A stretch of DNA of 64,000 nt from Minisyncoccota bacterium (GTDB lineage: Bacteria; Patescibacteriota; Microgenomatia; UBA1400; PJMF01), in contig PJMF01000019.1 of assembly GCA_003173865.1 (NCBI GenBank), positions 6,381 to 70,380 on the forward strand. The letters are read 5' to 3'. Shown here in pieces: positions 47,673 through 58,439 of the stretch (position 1 is its first letter; every line of letters begins with the position of its first letter). A model generated the notes under the pieces. That model worked only from the letters and a program-made list of their open reading frames with translations. It had not been told where the DNA came from and made no database searches. The translations under genes and the position numbers were made by a program.

Positions 47673-48510
47673 GAATTTTTCCTCCCAAACTACGTAACTC
47701 TTGTAAAGCTAATTGGGCTTGTGCCGGGTCGGGCGCTTTACCATGCCATTCTGGTTTCCACTGCATAAACTCAACTCCCTTTCCCGGAATGGTGTGCGCA
47801 ATGATTGCCACTGGTTGCTCGAAAATCGCCACAGCTTGATGACAGGCACCAATAATGGCTTGCATGTTATGTCCATCGATTTCGATCACATGCCAACCAA
47901 AAGCTTCATACTTCTTGCGAAACGGTTCCAGTGGCATCACGTCTTCTGTGTAGCCGTCAATTTGAATATTATTTCGATCAATAATCGCAGTGAGATTGGC
48001 AATTTTCTTTTTGCCGGCAAATAAAATAGCTTCCCAAGTTTGTCCTTCGTCATGTTCACCATCACTCATCATGCAGTAGATTTGGTTATTTTTTCCATCT
48101 ATTTTTGCTGCCAATGCCATGCCAATTGCTTGGGATAATCCTTGACCCAATGGACCACTTGAGTTTTCTAGTCCTGGCAATGCCAAGCGATGTGGATGGC
48201 CTTGGAGAGGAGAACCGAGTTTGCGAAGCGTTAATAACAGTGATCGCGAGAAGTATCCTGCGTGTGCGAGCGCCGCATACAGTACTGGACAAATATGACC
48301 ATTGGATAAAACCAATTTATCGCGGTCTGACCATTGAGGATTGTGGGGATCGTGTTTTAACACTGCAAAGTACAGCGCCGTAAAAACATCAGCCATTCCC
48401 AGTGCACCTGCCGCGTGTCCCGACCCTGCCAAACTAAGCATTTTGACAATATCTTCACGAATCAAAAGGGCGCGCTGTTCTAGGTCAGTAAGAGATAATG
48501 GTGCAGTCAT
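47659..48510 (-). CDS. Transketolase, N-terminal subunit
   Basis: SGHAAG, LSNGH, LQGHP, GPLGQGLS, SDGEHDEG, HTIPGKG. Confidence 0.93.
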   Translation of the reverse strand: MTAPLSLTDLEQRALLIREDIVKMLSLAGSGHAAGALGMADVFTALYFAVLKHDPHNPQWSDRDKLVLSNGHICPVLYAALAHAGYFSRSLLLTLRKLGSPLQGHPHRLALPGLENSSGPLGQGLSQAIGMALAAKIDGKNNQIYCMMSDGEHDEGQTWEAILFAGKKKIANLTAIIDRNNIQIDGYTEDVMPLEPFRKKYEAFGWHVIEIDGHNMQAIIGACHQAVAIFEQPVAIIAHTIPGKGVEFMQWKPEWHGKAPDPAQAQLALQELRSLGGKIRAEG

Positions 48511-48534
48511 TATCTTAATCGTAACATGCCAGGA

Positions 48535-51500
48535 TTACCCTTGTCTCTCCAACTTATTCCACCCTACGTAATTGCCTTGAACTGCATTCATCACTGACTT
48601 CACGACGACGTAGTACATGAGTTGTCTGTAGAGAAGACGCTGCCAAAACAACCACAGTAACAATCGATAGTCTTCTTTTTTTTCTAACAAAAACGCTAGG
48701 AGCGCCGCACCAAAATCAATTCCCACGAACAACAAATAAAAGAAAAGGATACGTTGAAAGCCACCATATGCCCAATCTTCAGGATGTTGCAGCTGGGTTA
48801 AAAATCCAGTCACCAAGGAAGACACCACCAGAAAGTCCATGAGAGGCGAAATAAATGGAAAGAAAACTTGGAAAATCAGCACGTTTGGTAACGCAATGTA
48901 TCCCAGTTTTTTATTCTTGCTCGTTAAAAACGAAAACCGATGTTTCCACACAACTTGCAAGGTGCCAAATGTCCACCGGAAACGCTGTTTTAAGAAACTT
49001 CCTATCGTAACTGGCGCTTCTGTGTACGCAATCGCTTCATCCTCATATTCTACAAGGTATCCACGCTCTAAAATACGTAACGTCAAGTCAGTATCTTCCG
49101 CCAAGGTATCTCCCACAAAGCCACCACTTTGTTTGACTAAAGTAGTATGCCAAGCCCCAATTGCGCCGGGAACCACAGTAATACAATTTAAAAAGGCAAA
49201 TGCCTGACGATCAAGATTTTGACTGGTAATATACTCAAGCGCTTGCCACTTCGTCAAAAAATTTTGACGATTTCCGACTTTTGCATTTCCCGCCACTGCG
49301 CCAATGCGCGGATTCACAAAGTGTCGCACTAACTTGGCAATCGCATCTTTATGCAAGCGTGTGTCAGCATCCATCGCAACGATAATTTCTGACTTCGCTT
49401 TGCTCAACGCAAAGTTCAAGGCAGCAGCTTTGCCCTCATTATGAATTTTATATAACTGGACTAGAGGATGCTGGCTAAATGTGTGTTGCAATCTTTGATA
49501 CGTGCGATCACTCGAACCATCATCTACGACAATCACTTTATACTTTGCGTACGTTGAACGTAAAACAGAGTGGACAGTTGCCACAATTACTTTTTCCTCG
49601 TTGAATGCTGGAATTAAGACCGTGACAGTCGGCTGATAGCAATCATCAAATTTTTTCAAGGAATTCCGTCGTGTATTCACTACTGCTAAGGCACCCAAAA
49701 AGAGTAAGCGCGTCGTTCCTAAAACAATACCCAGTAAAAAGAGTACCGGAATTAAAATTCCCACCCAGCGAAAAACGTTGAAACCAATTGTAAATGTTTG
49801 CGCTTGGAGTTTTTGATCTGAAGTTGCTAGGGGCATCACGTCACTGCGTTTTAAACCAATTAAGTCTGCAATATTCACAAACGTATAGCCATCTTCACGG
49901 AGTTTGTCGATAATTTGCGGTAAAGCTGCTACCGTCTGTGAACGATCGCCGCCGCCATCATGCAACAAAACAATATTTCCCTCACCATTTTCAACTTCGT
50001 CGATCGTTGTTTGCACAATTTGATCGACACCTGGGCGCTTATAATCCTTGGGATCAATATTCATTCCCACCGTGTAGTAACCCAACTTACTGGTATATAC
50101 AAGCGGCCTAACTTGGTCAGATGTTTCCGGTTCCACATCTTCGGCATAGGGTGGACGGAATAATAGAGTGTCACGACCCAAGCGGCTTTCGAATAAACGC
50201 TCGGTTGAGTTAATTTCTAATGCCCATTGCTGCGAGGGAATGGAAGAAAGATTCGGATGCGTAAACGTATGATTCCCAACTTCATGATTTTCGTCAAACA
50301 TCCGTTGCAGTATCTGTGGATATAAATCCGCCTGAGAACCAATCACAAAAAAAGTCGCAGGGACTTGCTTTTCTTTCAAAACATCTAAAATGCGCGGCGA
50401 GTAGTAAGGATCGGGACCATCATCAAAAGTTAACACTACTTTTTTTTCTTGCTGGCCGCCCCAACGAGTGATGATATATGGTAGCGGCGGAGAAGTTAAT
50501 GTGCTCGTCATGATTAAGCCTAAGGCATTGTCGTATCCCACTTGGCGAGTTCCGTCTTGGGGAGTAGCCGTGACTTGCAAAATCTCTCCTTTGCCTTGAT
50601 AGTGCACATCGTAACCATAATGCATTTGTTGCAGTTGCTGAGCCAAGTTACTGTCGATTTTTGTTCGACCAGCCGTCACATTCCAAATCGAGGGATCTTC
50701 GGTACCCAGCCGCCAAATAGCCCATCCACGAGGCTTGTAAAGCCGACTGGTTTGTAGTTGATTAAAAAACGTTACACCATCGAGATACCACACCGTATGC
50801 TGGGTTCCATTCGCATCTTTATACTGAAAACTCGGGTTGAGCAGAGTAGAGTCAAGAGCTGGCTCGAGACTCGCACTTTGCACGCGCTGCATGACTTGTT
50901 GAAAAGAAAGTACTTCGGCGCGTGAACCTTTATCTATCCAGTCATACCCATATGTGCCCAGTGCAATAACGTATTTATTAGGCGGCAAATCAGCTAAATC
51001 TTTTTGCAACTGCGCATTAAACCAACCTTGGGAGGCAACCGGACCAGCTTCACTCGCATCCCAATGTTCGTCGTACATCATGAAAATCAAGTAATCCACC
51101 GTTTGGCTCAACTCTTTGTAGTTGAAGTCGTCATCGTCCGCTGGGACAGCCTCAGTAACCTGCAGATGTGCAGCATGAAAATTTGCCGCCAGTTCTTGCA
51201 TGTAGATCTGAAGAAAAGGTTGATCTTGGGGAGCGACATTTTCATAATCGATCGTGATACCACCTGCGTTACGCGCTAAAACATATTGCTTAAGGAAAAA
51301 AATATTTTGAAATCGACTTTGCGGATCGCGTAACATTTTACTTAATCGTTTTTGATCCCAGTCTTGGGTTTCCCTATTGAAGTTATTTACTAATGGAAGA
51401 ATTTGCAGTGTCGGTTTACGCTGTTGAACCAGATCAAGTACCTGCTTTTCTCTATCAAGGTCATCAATCGTCAATTGATCGGGTTGATCACTCAAGTGCA

Positions 51501-51933
51501 ACCACTCGGGCATGAGGATATCAAGCTCTCCGATATTTCTTTTGAGTGAAGTAAAACTTGTGTCGTCCCAGTTGACGTAAAAACCGATGATCTGAGAGTT
51601 TGTTTGTGTAGATGAAGCAGAAGTCCCCCACTTTTTGCGTTGATTGGTTTTAAGGTAAGTGAGCAGTTGCTCTTTGGTTTGTTGATACGTCACTTCCTTC
51701 CGCTGAGAGGTATTTTTGGGTTGCACGGCAATCAAGTGATGGGTTTGACTGAATGTCTGTACGGATTGTAAAGCAAGGCTAGGCAACTGCGGATTTTTAA
51801 TTAAGTTGTAAAGAAATACTGCACCGACCACACACGCCCATGCCCCCAAACTCTTGAGGAACCAGGAAATCCACCACCATCTTCGCTTGTGAGGGTCGTA
51901 AAAGACTGGCTTTGTCTCAAGCTTTTTCTTCAT
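48535..51933 (-). CDS. Fusion of GH18-like + polysaccharide deacetylase (NodB/CE4) + processive GT2 synthase
   Basis: GITIDYE (GH18-like); TFDDGP, HTFTHP, FRPPY, LLHDGGG (CE4); DDGS, DAD, LAEDTD, QRFRW (GT2). Confidence 0.9.
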   Translation of the reverse strand: MKKKLETKPVFYDPHKRRWWWISWFLKSLGAWACVVGAVFLYNLIKNPQLPSLALQSVQTFSQTHHLIAVQPKNTSQRKEVTYQQTKEQLLTYLKTNQRKKWGTSASSTQTNSQIIGFYVNWDDTSFTSLKRNIGELDILMPEWLHLSDQPDQLTIDDLDREKQVLDLVQQRKPTLQILPLVNNFNRETQDWDQKRLSKMLRDPQSRFQNIFFLKQYVLARNAGGITIDYENVAPQDQPFLQIYMQELAANFHAAHLQVTEAVPADDDDFNYKELSQTVDYLIFMMYDEHWDASEAGPVASQGWFNAQLQKDLADLPPNKYVIALGTYGYDWIDKGSRAEVLSFQQVMQRVQSASLEPALDSTLLNPSFQYKDANGTQHTVWYLDGVTFFNQLQTSRLYKPRGWAIWRLGTEDPSIWNVTAGRTKIDSNLAQQLQQMHYGYDVHYQGKGEILQVTATPQDGTRQVGYDNALGLIMTSTLTSPPLPYIITRWGGQQEKKVVLTFDDGPDPYYSPRILDVLKEKQVPATFFVIGSQADLYPQILQRMFDENHEVGNHTFTHPNLSSIPSQQWALEINSTERLFESRLGRDTLLFRPPYAEDVEPETSDQVRPLVYTSKLGYYTVGMNIDPKDYKRPGVDQIVQTTIDEVENGEGNIVLLHDGGGDRSQTVAALPQIIDKLREDGYTFVNIADLIGLKRSDVMPLATSDQKLQAQTFTIGFNVFRWVGILIPVLFLLGIVLGTTRLLFLGALAVVNTRRNSLKKFDDCYQPTVTVLIPAFNEEKVIVATVHSVLRSTYAKYKVIVVDDGSSDRTYQRLQHTFSQHPLVQLYKIHNEGKAAALNFALSKAKSEIIVAMDADTRLHKDAIAKLVRHFVNPRIGAVAGNAKVGNRQNFLTKWQALEYITSQNLDRQAFAFLNCITVVPGAIGAWHTTLVKQSGGFVGDTLAEDTDLTLRILERGYLVEYEDEAIAYTEAPVTIGSFLKQRFRWTFGTLQVVWKHRFSFLTSKNKKLGYIALPNVLIFQVFFPFISPLMDFLVVSSLVTGFLTQLQHPEDWAYGGFQRILFFYLLFVGIDFGAALLAFLLEKKEDYRLLLWLFWQRLLYRQLMYYVVVKSVMNAVQGNYVGWNKLERQG

Positions 51934-52044
51934 AAACATCCTATAAGTGTTCAAGTATTATACCGCAAAAAAGCCTAGAATAGGGTAATCTAAAATGTCC
52001 CTTCACGTCCAGATGCTTATGACTTATACTCAAGGCACGTCTGT

Positions 52045-52842
52045 ATGGCAGTACAAGCCACTTCTTCCCCAACCATTCGTATTCCCACTAAGAATAACCC
52101 TTTTCTCGCCACCGCCACCGAAGTGATCAATAGCGATGAAGAAATTTTAACCTTATGGAAAGTTGCCAATGTGAACGCCATTAACCGAATGGGGTTTAGC
52201 GATCATGGGCCGGTGCATGTCCAGATCGTGGCGAATATTGCCCTTCGTCTGGCGCGCTTATTATTAAAGCACAATGTTGAGATGTCTATTGTCAAGGATT
52301 TTGAGTTAACAAACCATCACGCTGAGCTGGTGATTTTCCTTGCGAGTTTATTTCATGATTTAGGTATGTCAGTGCATCGTGCAAACCACGAGGAATTCAG
52401 TCTCTTTATTGCTAACTCGTTGTTACATAAAATTGTTGATTTCTTGCCAACGGTCGAACGGACCATTGTTATTTCAGAAGTTCTCCACGCCATTATCAGT
52501 CATCGTCGGGCTGGTCATCCGGTGACGATTGAAGGCGGAATTGTCCGTGTTGCCGATGCCCTTGACATGAGTAGTGGCCGTTCACGAATTCCGTTCACAC
52601 AAGGACAAGTAAACATTCACTCTGTATCGGCACTCGCGATTGAAAAAGTTGAGATTAAAGAAGGCAATGTCAAACCAATCGAAATTAATATTATTATGAC
52701 CAACACCGCCGGAATTTTTCAAGTAGACGAACTTCTCAAAGAGAAACTTTCCGAGTCTCACATCGAGAAATATCTGCAAGTAAAAGCCTTCTTAAAAGAA
52801 GCAAAAAGAACAAAGTTGATTACCGAGTTTATAGTTGGCTAA
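52045..52842 (+). CDS. HD-domain phosphohydrolase
   Basis: SDHGPVH, FHDLGMSVHR..H, ISH, VADALD. Confidence 0.85.
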   Translation: MAVQATSSPTIRIPTKNNPFLATATEVINSDEEILTLWKVANVNAINRMGFSDHGPVHVQIVANIALRLARLLLKHNVEMSIVKDFELTNHHAELVIFLASLFHDLGMSVHRANHEEFSLFIANSLLHKIVDFLPTVERTIVISEVLHAIISHRRAGHPVTIEGGIVRVADALDMSSGRSRIPFTQGQVNIHSVSALAIEKVEIKEGNVKPIEINIIMTNTAGIFQVDELLKEKLSESHIEKYLQVKAFLKEAKRTKLITEFIVG

Positions 52843-53260
52843 TAATTGTCTTAGTCCAGTCTTCAATTGCCGTCGTATCGTCTGGAAATCCATCAACGCG
52901 CAGCAAGGGAACAACTAAGTTGCCCTGTTGCTTCTTGACCCACTCCTCTAAAAAGTCGGCTGCTGTGCAAAATTGAGGGTACGCACTATTGCCCAAGCCA
53001 AACACCGCAACTTTCAAGTGGGAAAGATCGGGATGAAATTGATCAATACACTCTTTCATGTTTTTTTCCAAGTAACCATCATCATATGTCGGTGCACCGA
53101 AAATCACTACGTCGACACCTGACAAATCAGGCTGCATCCCTTTGTACTTCACGCTATGAAGCTCAACAGTGTAATCTGATTGTTGGAAAACTTTTTGAAT
53201 AACTTCAGCGACGTACTGCGTGGTACCTGTTTGTGTCTCGAAAATGATTTTAACAGTCAT
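52829..53260 (-). CDS. Flavodoxin
   Basis: TQTGTTQ, GAPTYDDG, VFGLGNSAYPQFC. Confidence 0.9.
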   Translation of the reverse strand: MTVKIIFETQTGTTQYVAEVIQKVFQQSDYTVELHSVKYKGMQPDLSGVDVVIFGAPTYDDGYLEKNMKECIDQFHPDLSHLKVAVFGLGNSAYPQFCTAADFLEEWVKKQQGNLVVPLLRVDGFPDDTTAIEDWTKTIISQL

Positions 53261-53303
53261 ACGGTGTGAACCTCACGCAATTACTATGACACAAACAGGA
53301 GTG

Positions 53304-53374
53304 AGCGGGTAGCGGGAATCGGACCCGCGTCCTCTCCTTGGAAGGGAGAAATTCTACCATTGAACCATACCCGC
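53304..53374 (-). tRNA. tRNA-Gly(UCC)
   Basis: GCGGGTA...TCTCC-CT-TCC-AA-GGAGA...GCGGG-TCCGATT-CCCGC-TACCCGC-T. Confidence 0.93.
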
Positions 53375-53416
53375 ACTCGGGCACCATTTTACCTTAGTCC
53401 TGCTTCGTGAACAAGT

Positions 53417-54604
53417 TTAAAAATCAAACTTCTTCTGATGAGACGCTCCAAGCCAATTACCTGCAACACCACCAAGGAAAAGAAAGCCTGCTGCTAAAAT
53501 AAAAATACTAGAAATAGAAAAACGCCCTGCGAAAAAACCAGCTAACAGCGGCCCCACGATTTGCCCAATTGACGTATAGGATTGATTGATTCCGAGAATA
53601 ATCCCCTGATCTTCACCTTTCGTACGCTCAGAGAGTAAACCCGTTACAATTGGAACAATTGGCGAGAGAAACAAGCCAAAACTTAGTGTCACCAAAACAA
53701 AGAGCAAAACACTGTGCATTTGTGAAACAAGCAAAAGACTTAAACCCGCCAGCAAAGATGAAACAATAATAATGAGGCTTTTCGAGTGAACTTTATTCAA
53801 GAGAATCCTTACTCCAAAAGCTTGAGTCAAAATATTCAAAAGGCCAAACCCAGCAAACATAAGCCCAACCTCGGTTGGAGTCATCCGTAAAACGTCGTTT
53901 GAGAATGATTGCAAACCAATAATAAACGCGTTTTGCGCGATTGAACAAAAGAGACCAACGACGAGCACAATCCCCGTGAGCGGAGCAAAAAGCGCCAATA
54001 CCAAAGACTTGAAATGAAAAATAGGTTGATTTGAAGGCTGTCTTTTTGACGGAGGCAAGGTTTCTTTCAAGATAAAAATGCCGAGAATCGTTCCTACCAA
54101 TGCCAATACAGAACCAAACCAAAATGGGGCAGATAAACTAATGTTACTCATCACTGCACCTAGCGCTGGTCCAACTAAAAATCCAAAACCAAACGCCGCG
54201 CCCAGCAAAGCAAATGATTTCGCCCGCTCATGACCTTTCGTACTATCTGCAATCACTGCTTGTGCCACCGAAATATTTCCGCCGGTAATTCCGTCCACAA
54301 TTCTGGCAAAGAAGAGCATGGCCACAGAGGTCGCTGAAGCGAAAAGAGCCAAAGAAATACTCGTCCCAAGTAAACAAAGAAGCAGTACCGGTTTTCTGCC
54401 AAATTTATCTGATAAACGGCCCAAAATTGGAGTAGCAATAAATTGGGCCAACGAAAACGACGCAAAAAGAAAACTTAACCCTGTGGGATTAATTCCATAA
54501 TGTTGCGCGTACGGATAGAGAAGAGGAACAATTGTCCCATATGCCAATGCGTTAATAAGCATGATGAAGGCAAGAACAAAAAGAGTAGGGTTTTTCGATT
54601 TCAT
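53417..54604 (-). CDS. MFS transporter (TetA/DHA1-like)
   Basis: GRLSDKFGRKPV, RIVDGITGGNISVAQAVIAD, GFLVGPALG; 12 TMs. Confidence 0.92.
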   Translation of the reverse strand: MKSKNPTLFVLAFIMLINALAYGTIVPLLYPYAQHYGINPTGLSFLFASFSLAQFIATPILGRLSDKFGRKPVLLLCLLGTSISLALFASATSVAMLFFARIVDGITGGNISVAQAVIADSTKGHERAKSFALLGAAFGFGFLVGPALGAVMSNISLSAPFWFGSVLALVGTILGIFILKETLPPSKRQPSNQPIFHFKSLVLALFAPLTGIVLVVGLFCSIAQNAFIIGLQSFSNDVLRMTPTEVGLMFAGFGLLNILTQAFGVRILLNKVHSKSLIIIVSSLLAGLSLLLVSQMHSVLLFVLVTLSFGLFLSPIVPIVTGLLSERTKGEDQGIILGINQSYTSIGQIVGPLLAGFFAGRFSISSIFILAAGFLFLGGVAGNWLGASHQKKFDF

Positions 54605-54663
54605 AGGCAAGCGATGTGGAAATGATAGAAGAAAAGGAGCGAATTTGCAAGTTTGGGCGTTTT

Positions 54664-55155
54664 TTATTTTAACTTTATATTGTTCATGCTTAAAAGCATT
54701 TTCAGATCCAGAAGTTGTTGATGTTGTTGCTCTGACTCGGCCTGGGTAAATATCGTGTATGCGGCAGCAGGACACTCCGGTGGAATTGTCATAATGACCC
54801 CTAATGCTCCTCGAAAGAGGTAAACGACTTGACGGATATTTCTAATGATGTTGTCCCTTGCCTGAACATTTCCTGTAACACTATTGACCATCTCTCGAAG
54901 TTCTGGTTGAGGTAAAGGACTGTTTTTAATGATTAGAACAGGTGCGTACTCGACAAGTTCGAGACCTAAACTCACTGCTCTATCGAGGGCGGCAGTGACA
55001 AGTTGTTGCCTTTGTTCCTCGCTAATATTCGCTATCGTATCCCAATATTTTTGATCAAGTGGAGGGAGCTCATTGCCTTTTAAAATCCAGCAACTCACGT
55101 CACTCCCTTGTTCCGGTCGAGGTTGAGTTTCGATCATAGGGAGAGAAGAGTACAT
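54664..55155 (-). CDS. Hypothetical protein
   Basis: 163-aa ORF, no motif recognised; start may be 55137. Confidence 0.55.
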   Translation of the reverse strand: MYSSLPMIETQPRPEQGSDVSCWILKGNELPPLDQKYWDTIANISEEQRQQLVTAALDRAVSLGLELVEYAPVLIIKNSPLPQPELREMVNSVTGNVQARDNIIRNIRQVVYLFRGALGVIMTIPPECPAAAYTIFTQAESEQQHQQLLDLKMLLSMNNIKLK

Positions 55156-55283
55156 CTATTTTTGGATAAGATCATTAAAGTAAGTATCATTGTTGGATCT
55201 AGTGATGTCTGGTTTTCAATTACCATAGGACTTTCCTCGTTGGAGGATATTATCAGCTTTTTACTTATTTGGTAGGGGAAAGT

Positions 55284-55754
55284 TTATACTCCTCTTCGCT
55301 GATCCACTAGACCGCCTCGATAGTTGGCTTGATAGATGAGCTTATTATTTTGGGTGATTTTTTCTATGCCCTCATATCTTTCAATAGTACCAGTCCAGTC
55401 GTTCGTATATAGGAAATCACCTTCTGTATATGTGGCTGGGCCACGAAAAGGAGCTTCTGGAGGCATTTTCTTCAAGGCATTACGTAAGATTGGATAGACC
55501 ATGGTCGGCTCAATACCTGAAGCCACCCAGCCATAGTACACCATTATCCAGATAGCTTTTCCTGCATGAGAAACTACTAACCTACCTCCATATGGTTCAC
55601 CACCAAAGAAGTTGTCATGTGAGCTAAATTCGCCTTTTTTATAAGGAATTGTAGTAGAGCCATCTGATTCTTTGATCCATTGTTTTTCTTCGCCAGTGAC
55701 ATAGCCAGCTTGATTTGCATCAATTAAGAATTGGCGGAGTTGTTCTAGATTCAT
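55284..55754 (-). CDS. DUF5680-like protein
   Basis: FLIDANQAGY, HDNFFGGEPYGG, WIMVYYG, PFRGP, YRGGLV. Confidence 0.75.
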   Translation of the reverse strand: MNLEQLRQFLIDANQAGYVTGEEKQWIKESDGSTTIPYKKGEFSSHDNFFGGEPYGGRLVVSHAGKAIWIMVYYGWVASGIEPTMVYPILRNALKKMPPEAPFRGPATYTEGDFLYTNDWTGTIERYEGIEKITQNNKLIYQANYRGGLVDQRRGV

Positions 55755-55762
55755 TCAGAAGG

Positions 55763-56392
55763 TTAATTCTTTTTAGGATGATACTTGGACTGGTCTTCCA
55801 TGTCTTCTTGTTTGAATGTTCCCGAACCGTTTAATACTTTTCCTTGCGGGACAGTAATTCCCCGAGCTAAACCAGAACCCTTTAATAAGCCAGCCCGCAG
55901 ATCTGCATCAGAGGAACGGTAATCTCCTCCTTCTTCAAGTGTGCAGTTTTGCACTGTAACAGGACCAATAACCTGAGATCCCGAACCAAGTGTTGTTTTA
56001 CCTATAATTTGAGCTCCATTAATATATCTTCCATGATCACCAATATGAATTTCTGCATCTGGCATGTTTGCTTTTATGCTACAACCCCCATCACCAAATT
56101 GATTTTCATTTCCAATAGATACTTTGCCTTTTTCGGCAAGTATAAGGGTGTTCGGATAAAACACATTGCCATCACCGACGGATAATTCACCGCCATCTTT
56201 AGCCTGAACAATGACATTGGGAAAAAAAAGATTATTTTCTCCTAAAATAACAGAAATACTTATCAATACGGAAAATGGATCGAGAATTGTATTTCCTTGA
56301 TCAACTAAATTCAAAAGATCAGAAACTCCTCGGAACCCTTGAGCTGCTCTTTGCTGATCAATTTTACTTAAAACGTCTTTTTCAACAGGCAT
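55763..56392 (-). CDS. Left-handed beta-helix (hexapeptide repeat) protein
   Basis: Repeats LGENNLF, VGDGNVF, IGNENQF, IGDHGRY, LGSGSQV. Confidence 0.75.
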   Translation of the reverse strand: MPVEKDVLSKIDQQRAAQGFRGVSDLLNLVDQGNTILDPFSVLISISVILGENNLFFPNVIVQAKDGGELSVGDGNVFYPNTLILAEKGKVSIGNENQFGDGGCSIKANMPDAEIHIGDHGRYINGAQIIGKTTLGSGSQVIGPVTVQNCTLEEGGDYRSSDADLRAGLLKGSGLARGITVPQGKVLNGSGTFKQEDMEDQSKYHPKKN

Positions 56393-56412
56393 ATTTCTCC
56401 TCTTTTAATTTA

Positions 56413-57537
56413 TTAAATTGTATCCATTGGTCGCAAAGCAATCAAATCGTCATTTATTTTTTCATACACCATTCGCGTGACAAAATCGGTCACATAAGGT
56501 GATTCAGTCATTTTACCAGGTAAAACGCAAATGTGATTAGGTAAGGGTTCTGATACAGAAATATTTAACGATCGAGCAGCTGCTGATTTTTCAGCTAAAT
56601 CTGTTTTTATGCAAGCTACTGGCATATTTCTACTTTTGTCAAAATTATAAAAAAGTCGCCTCATTGCTTCATGAATATTTTTAATACCTTGTTCGAGACA
56701 TTCATAGTCTGGGTTATCACACACAAAAGCATCTTCATTCAGACCAACAATGCTGTACTCACCATGATTCATCATGGCTGCTTCTCGCGGGTCAAGATAG
56801 AAGATGCTCGATCGAGTTAATCTGGGAACTACCATTAGATGACTTTTCCAGTATCGCAAGGGAACGGAAATATTAAAACTCGATTCAAGAAGCTGCTTTA
56901 CACCATAACCAGCCGTATAAACAAAAAGCTTAGACTCAAAAGGTTGGGTTTCACCATCTCTTTTCATTTCAGCTTCTTCAGGACTACGGAAAACCAAATC
57001 AGTTCCTGCAAATATCCTTGCTCCGGCTTTTTCACTAGAGGTTAAAAGTTTTCGATAAAGGAGTCTTGTGTTAATGCCGACATCATTTACCTGAAATGCC
57101 TCTGCAACTTCCTCTGTTCGTACATTTGGCTCCAAGTTGGAGAGATGTTTGAGCAACACGCTTTTGTAAAGAACGTTAGCTTCGTCCCATCTTGAGACAA
57201 CTTCATTTACTTTATCAAGATTTCTCACTAAAGCGAATGAAGGAAGATCAACATCTTCAACTGCTTCTGGAGCAAACTTTTTAATTTGCTCGTGACCGTA
57301 AATACATCTTCGTGCAACTTGGATAGCATTTGATCTATCTTTAATTGAAGTGGCGTGATAAGTACCCCTATGGAGCCAACCTTCATTTCGAGTTGACGGA
57401 CCACCAGCTAGTTTGCTTTGCTTTTCTACCAGTGCAGTTGAAAGTCCTAATTCAGAAAGTTTTTTAGTTAACATCAATCCAGCAACTCCAGCCCCAACTA
57501 CTGTCACATCGAATGATTGTTTCGATTCTTTTGCCAT
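56413..57537 (-). CDS. FAD-dependent oxidoreductase (DAO/glycerol-3-phosphate dehydrogenase-like)
   Basis: VVGAGVAG, GPSTRNEGWLHRG, PGKMT. Confidence 0.85.
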   Translation of the reverse strand: MAKESKQSFDVTVVGAGVAGLMLTKKLSELGLSTALVEKQSKLAGGPSTRNEGWLHRGTYHATSIKDRSNAIQVARRCIYGHEQIKKFAPEAVEDVDLPSFALVRNLDKVNEVVSRWDEANVLYKSVLLKHLSNLEPNVRTEEVAEAFQVNDVGINTRLLYRKLLTSSEKAGARIFAGTDLVFRSPEEAEMKRDGETQPFESKLFVYTAGYGVKQLLESSFNISVPLRYWKSHLMVVPRLTRSSIFYLDPREAAMMNHGEYSIVGLNEDAFVCDNPDYECLEQGIKNIHEAMRRLFYNFDKSRNMPVACIKTDLAEKSAAARSLNISVSEPLPNHICVLPGKMTESPYVTDFVTRMVYEKINDDLIALRPMDTI

Positions 57538-57639
57538 AGCAACTTATTAACGAAATATATTTTGAGATCAAAATGTATCATAAGTTCATCAACAATCAAA
57601 TCTTCAATTTTTATAAAATAGTAGTGTAATATTGGGATT

Positions 57640-58434
57640 ATGCAAAACAGTAATATTGAATTAGCTTGTGGTCTTATTGGAATTGGTCGGGTGTGGGGAT
57701 TCAAAGAGACAGCTGTCCCTTCAGAGGCAGAAGCAATCGCTTTTCTTGATTCTGCTCTAGTCCAATCAATTGGATATTACGACACAGCTCCCTCGTACGG
57801 ACTAAGTGAGGCTAGACTCGGGAAATGGCTGAGAACTTTAACAAAAGAACAAAGATCTAAAATTACAATTGCCACTAAATTTGGTGAACATTGGTCTGAG
57901 CCAGAAGGTAAAGCTTTTGTTGATCACACCTATGAAGCTTTAAGAACAAGTTTGGATCAAAGCATTTTGCGATTAGGGCAAATTGATATTCTGCAACTTC
58001 ATAAAACGAATCCAGCTGTATTGAAAAGCGATGATTTGAAAAGGGCTTGGGACTATGCAAGGGAAAAAGGTGTAAAAAAGCTAGGACTTAGTGTGAGTGA
58101 TATAGAATCTGGAGAAATGGCTTGTCAAGACGATCAATACGAAGTGATACAGCTACCATTCAATCAGCAAAACACTATTTTTGCCCCCATTATTCAAGAA
58201 GCAACCCGCAGGGGAAAGACTGTAGTGACAAATAGACCTTTTAATATGGGTGAAGCAGTCCATAAAGACCCCACAAAAACTAAAGAGTATTTAGAACAAG
58301 AAGCTTTTGAATTTGTCTTGCGACAATTTTTTAACGGTTTCATCCTTACGGGGACTAAATCTAGAGATCACCTTGTAGAAAACGTTGCTACTTTTAAGAA
58401 AGCCGTAGCTGCAATCGAAGAGAAGCCACTATAA
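57640..58434 (+). CDS. Aldo/keto reductase
   Basis: YYDTAPSYGLSE, IATKFG, IDILQLH, QLPFN. Confidence 0.88.
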   Translation: MQNSNIELACGLIGIGRVWGFKETAVPSEAEAIAFLDSALVQSIGYYDTAPSYGLSEARLGKWLRTLTKEQRSKITIATKFGEHWSEPEGKAFVDHTYEALRTSLDQSILRLGQIDILQLHKTNPAVLKSDDLKRAWDYAREKGVKKLGLSVSDIESGEMACQDDQYEVIQLPFNQQNTIFAPIIQEATRRGKTVVTNRPFNMGEAVHKDPTKTKEYLEQEAFEFVLRQFFNGFILTGTKSRDHLVENVATFKKAVAAIEEKPL

Positions 58435-58439
58435 CACTG

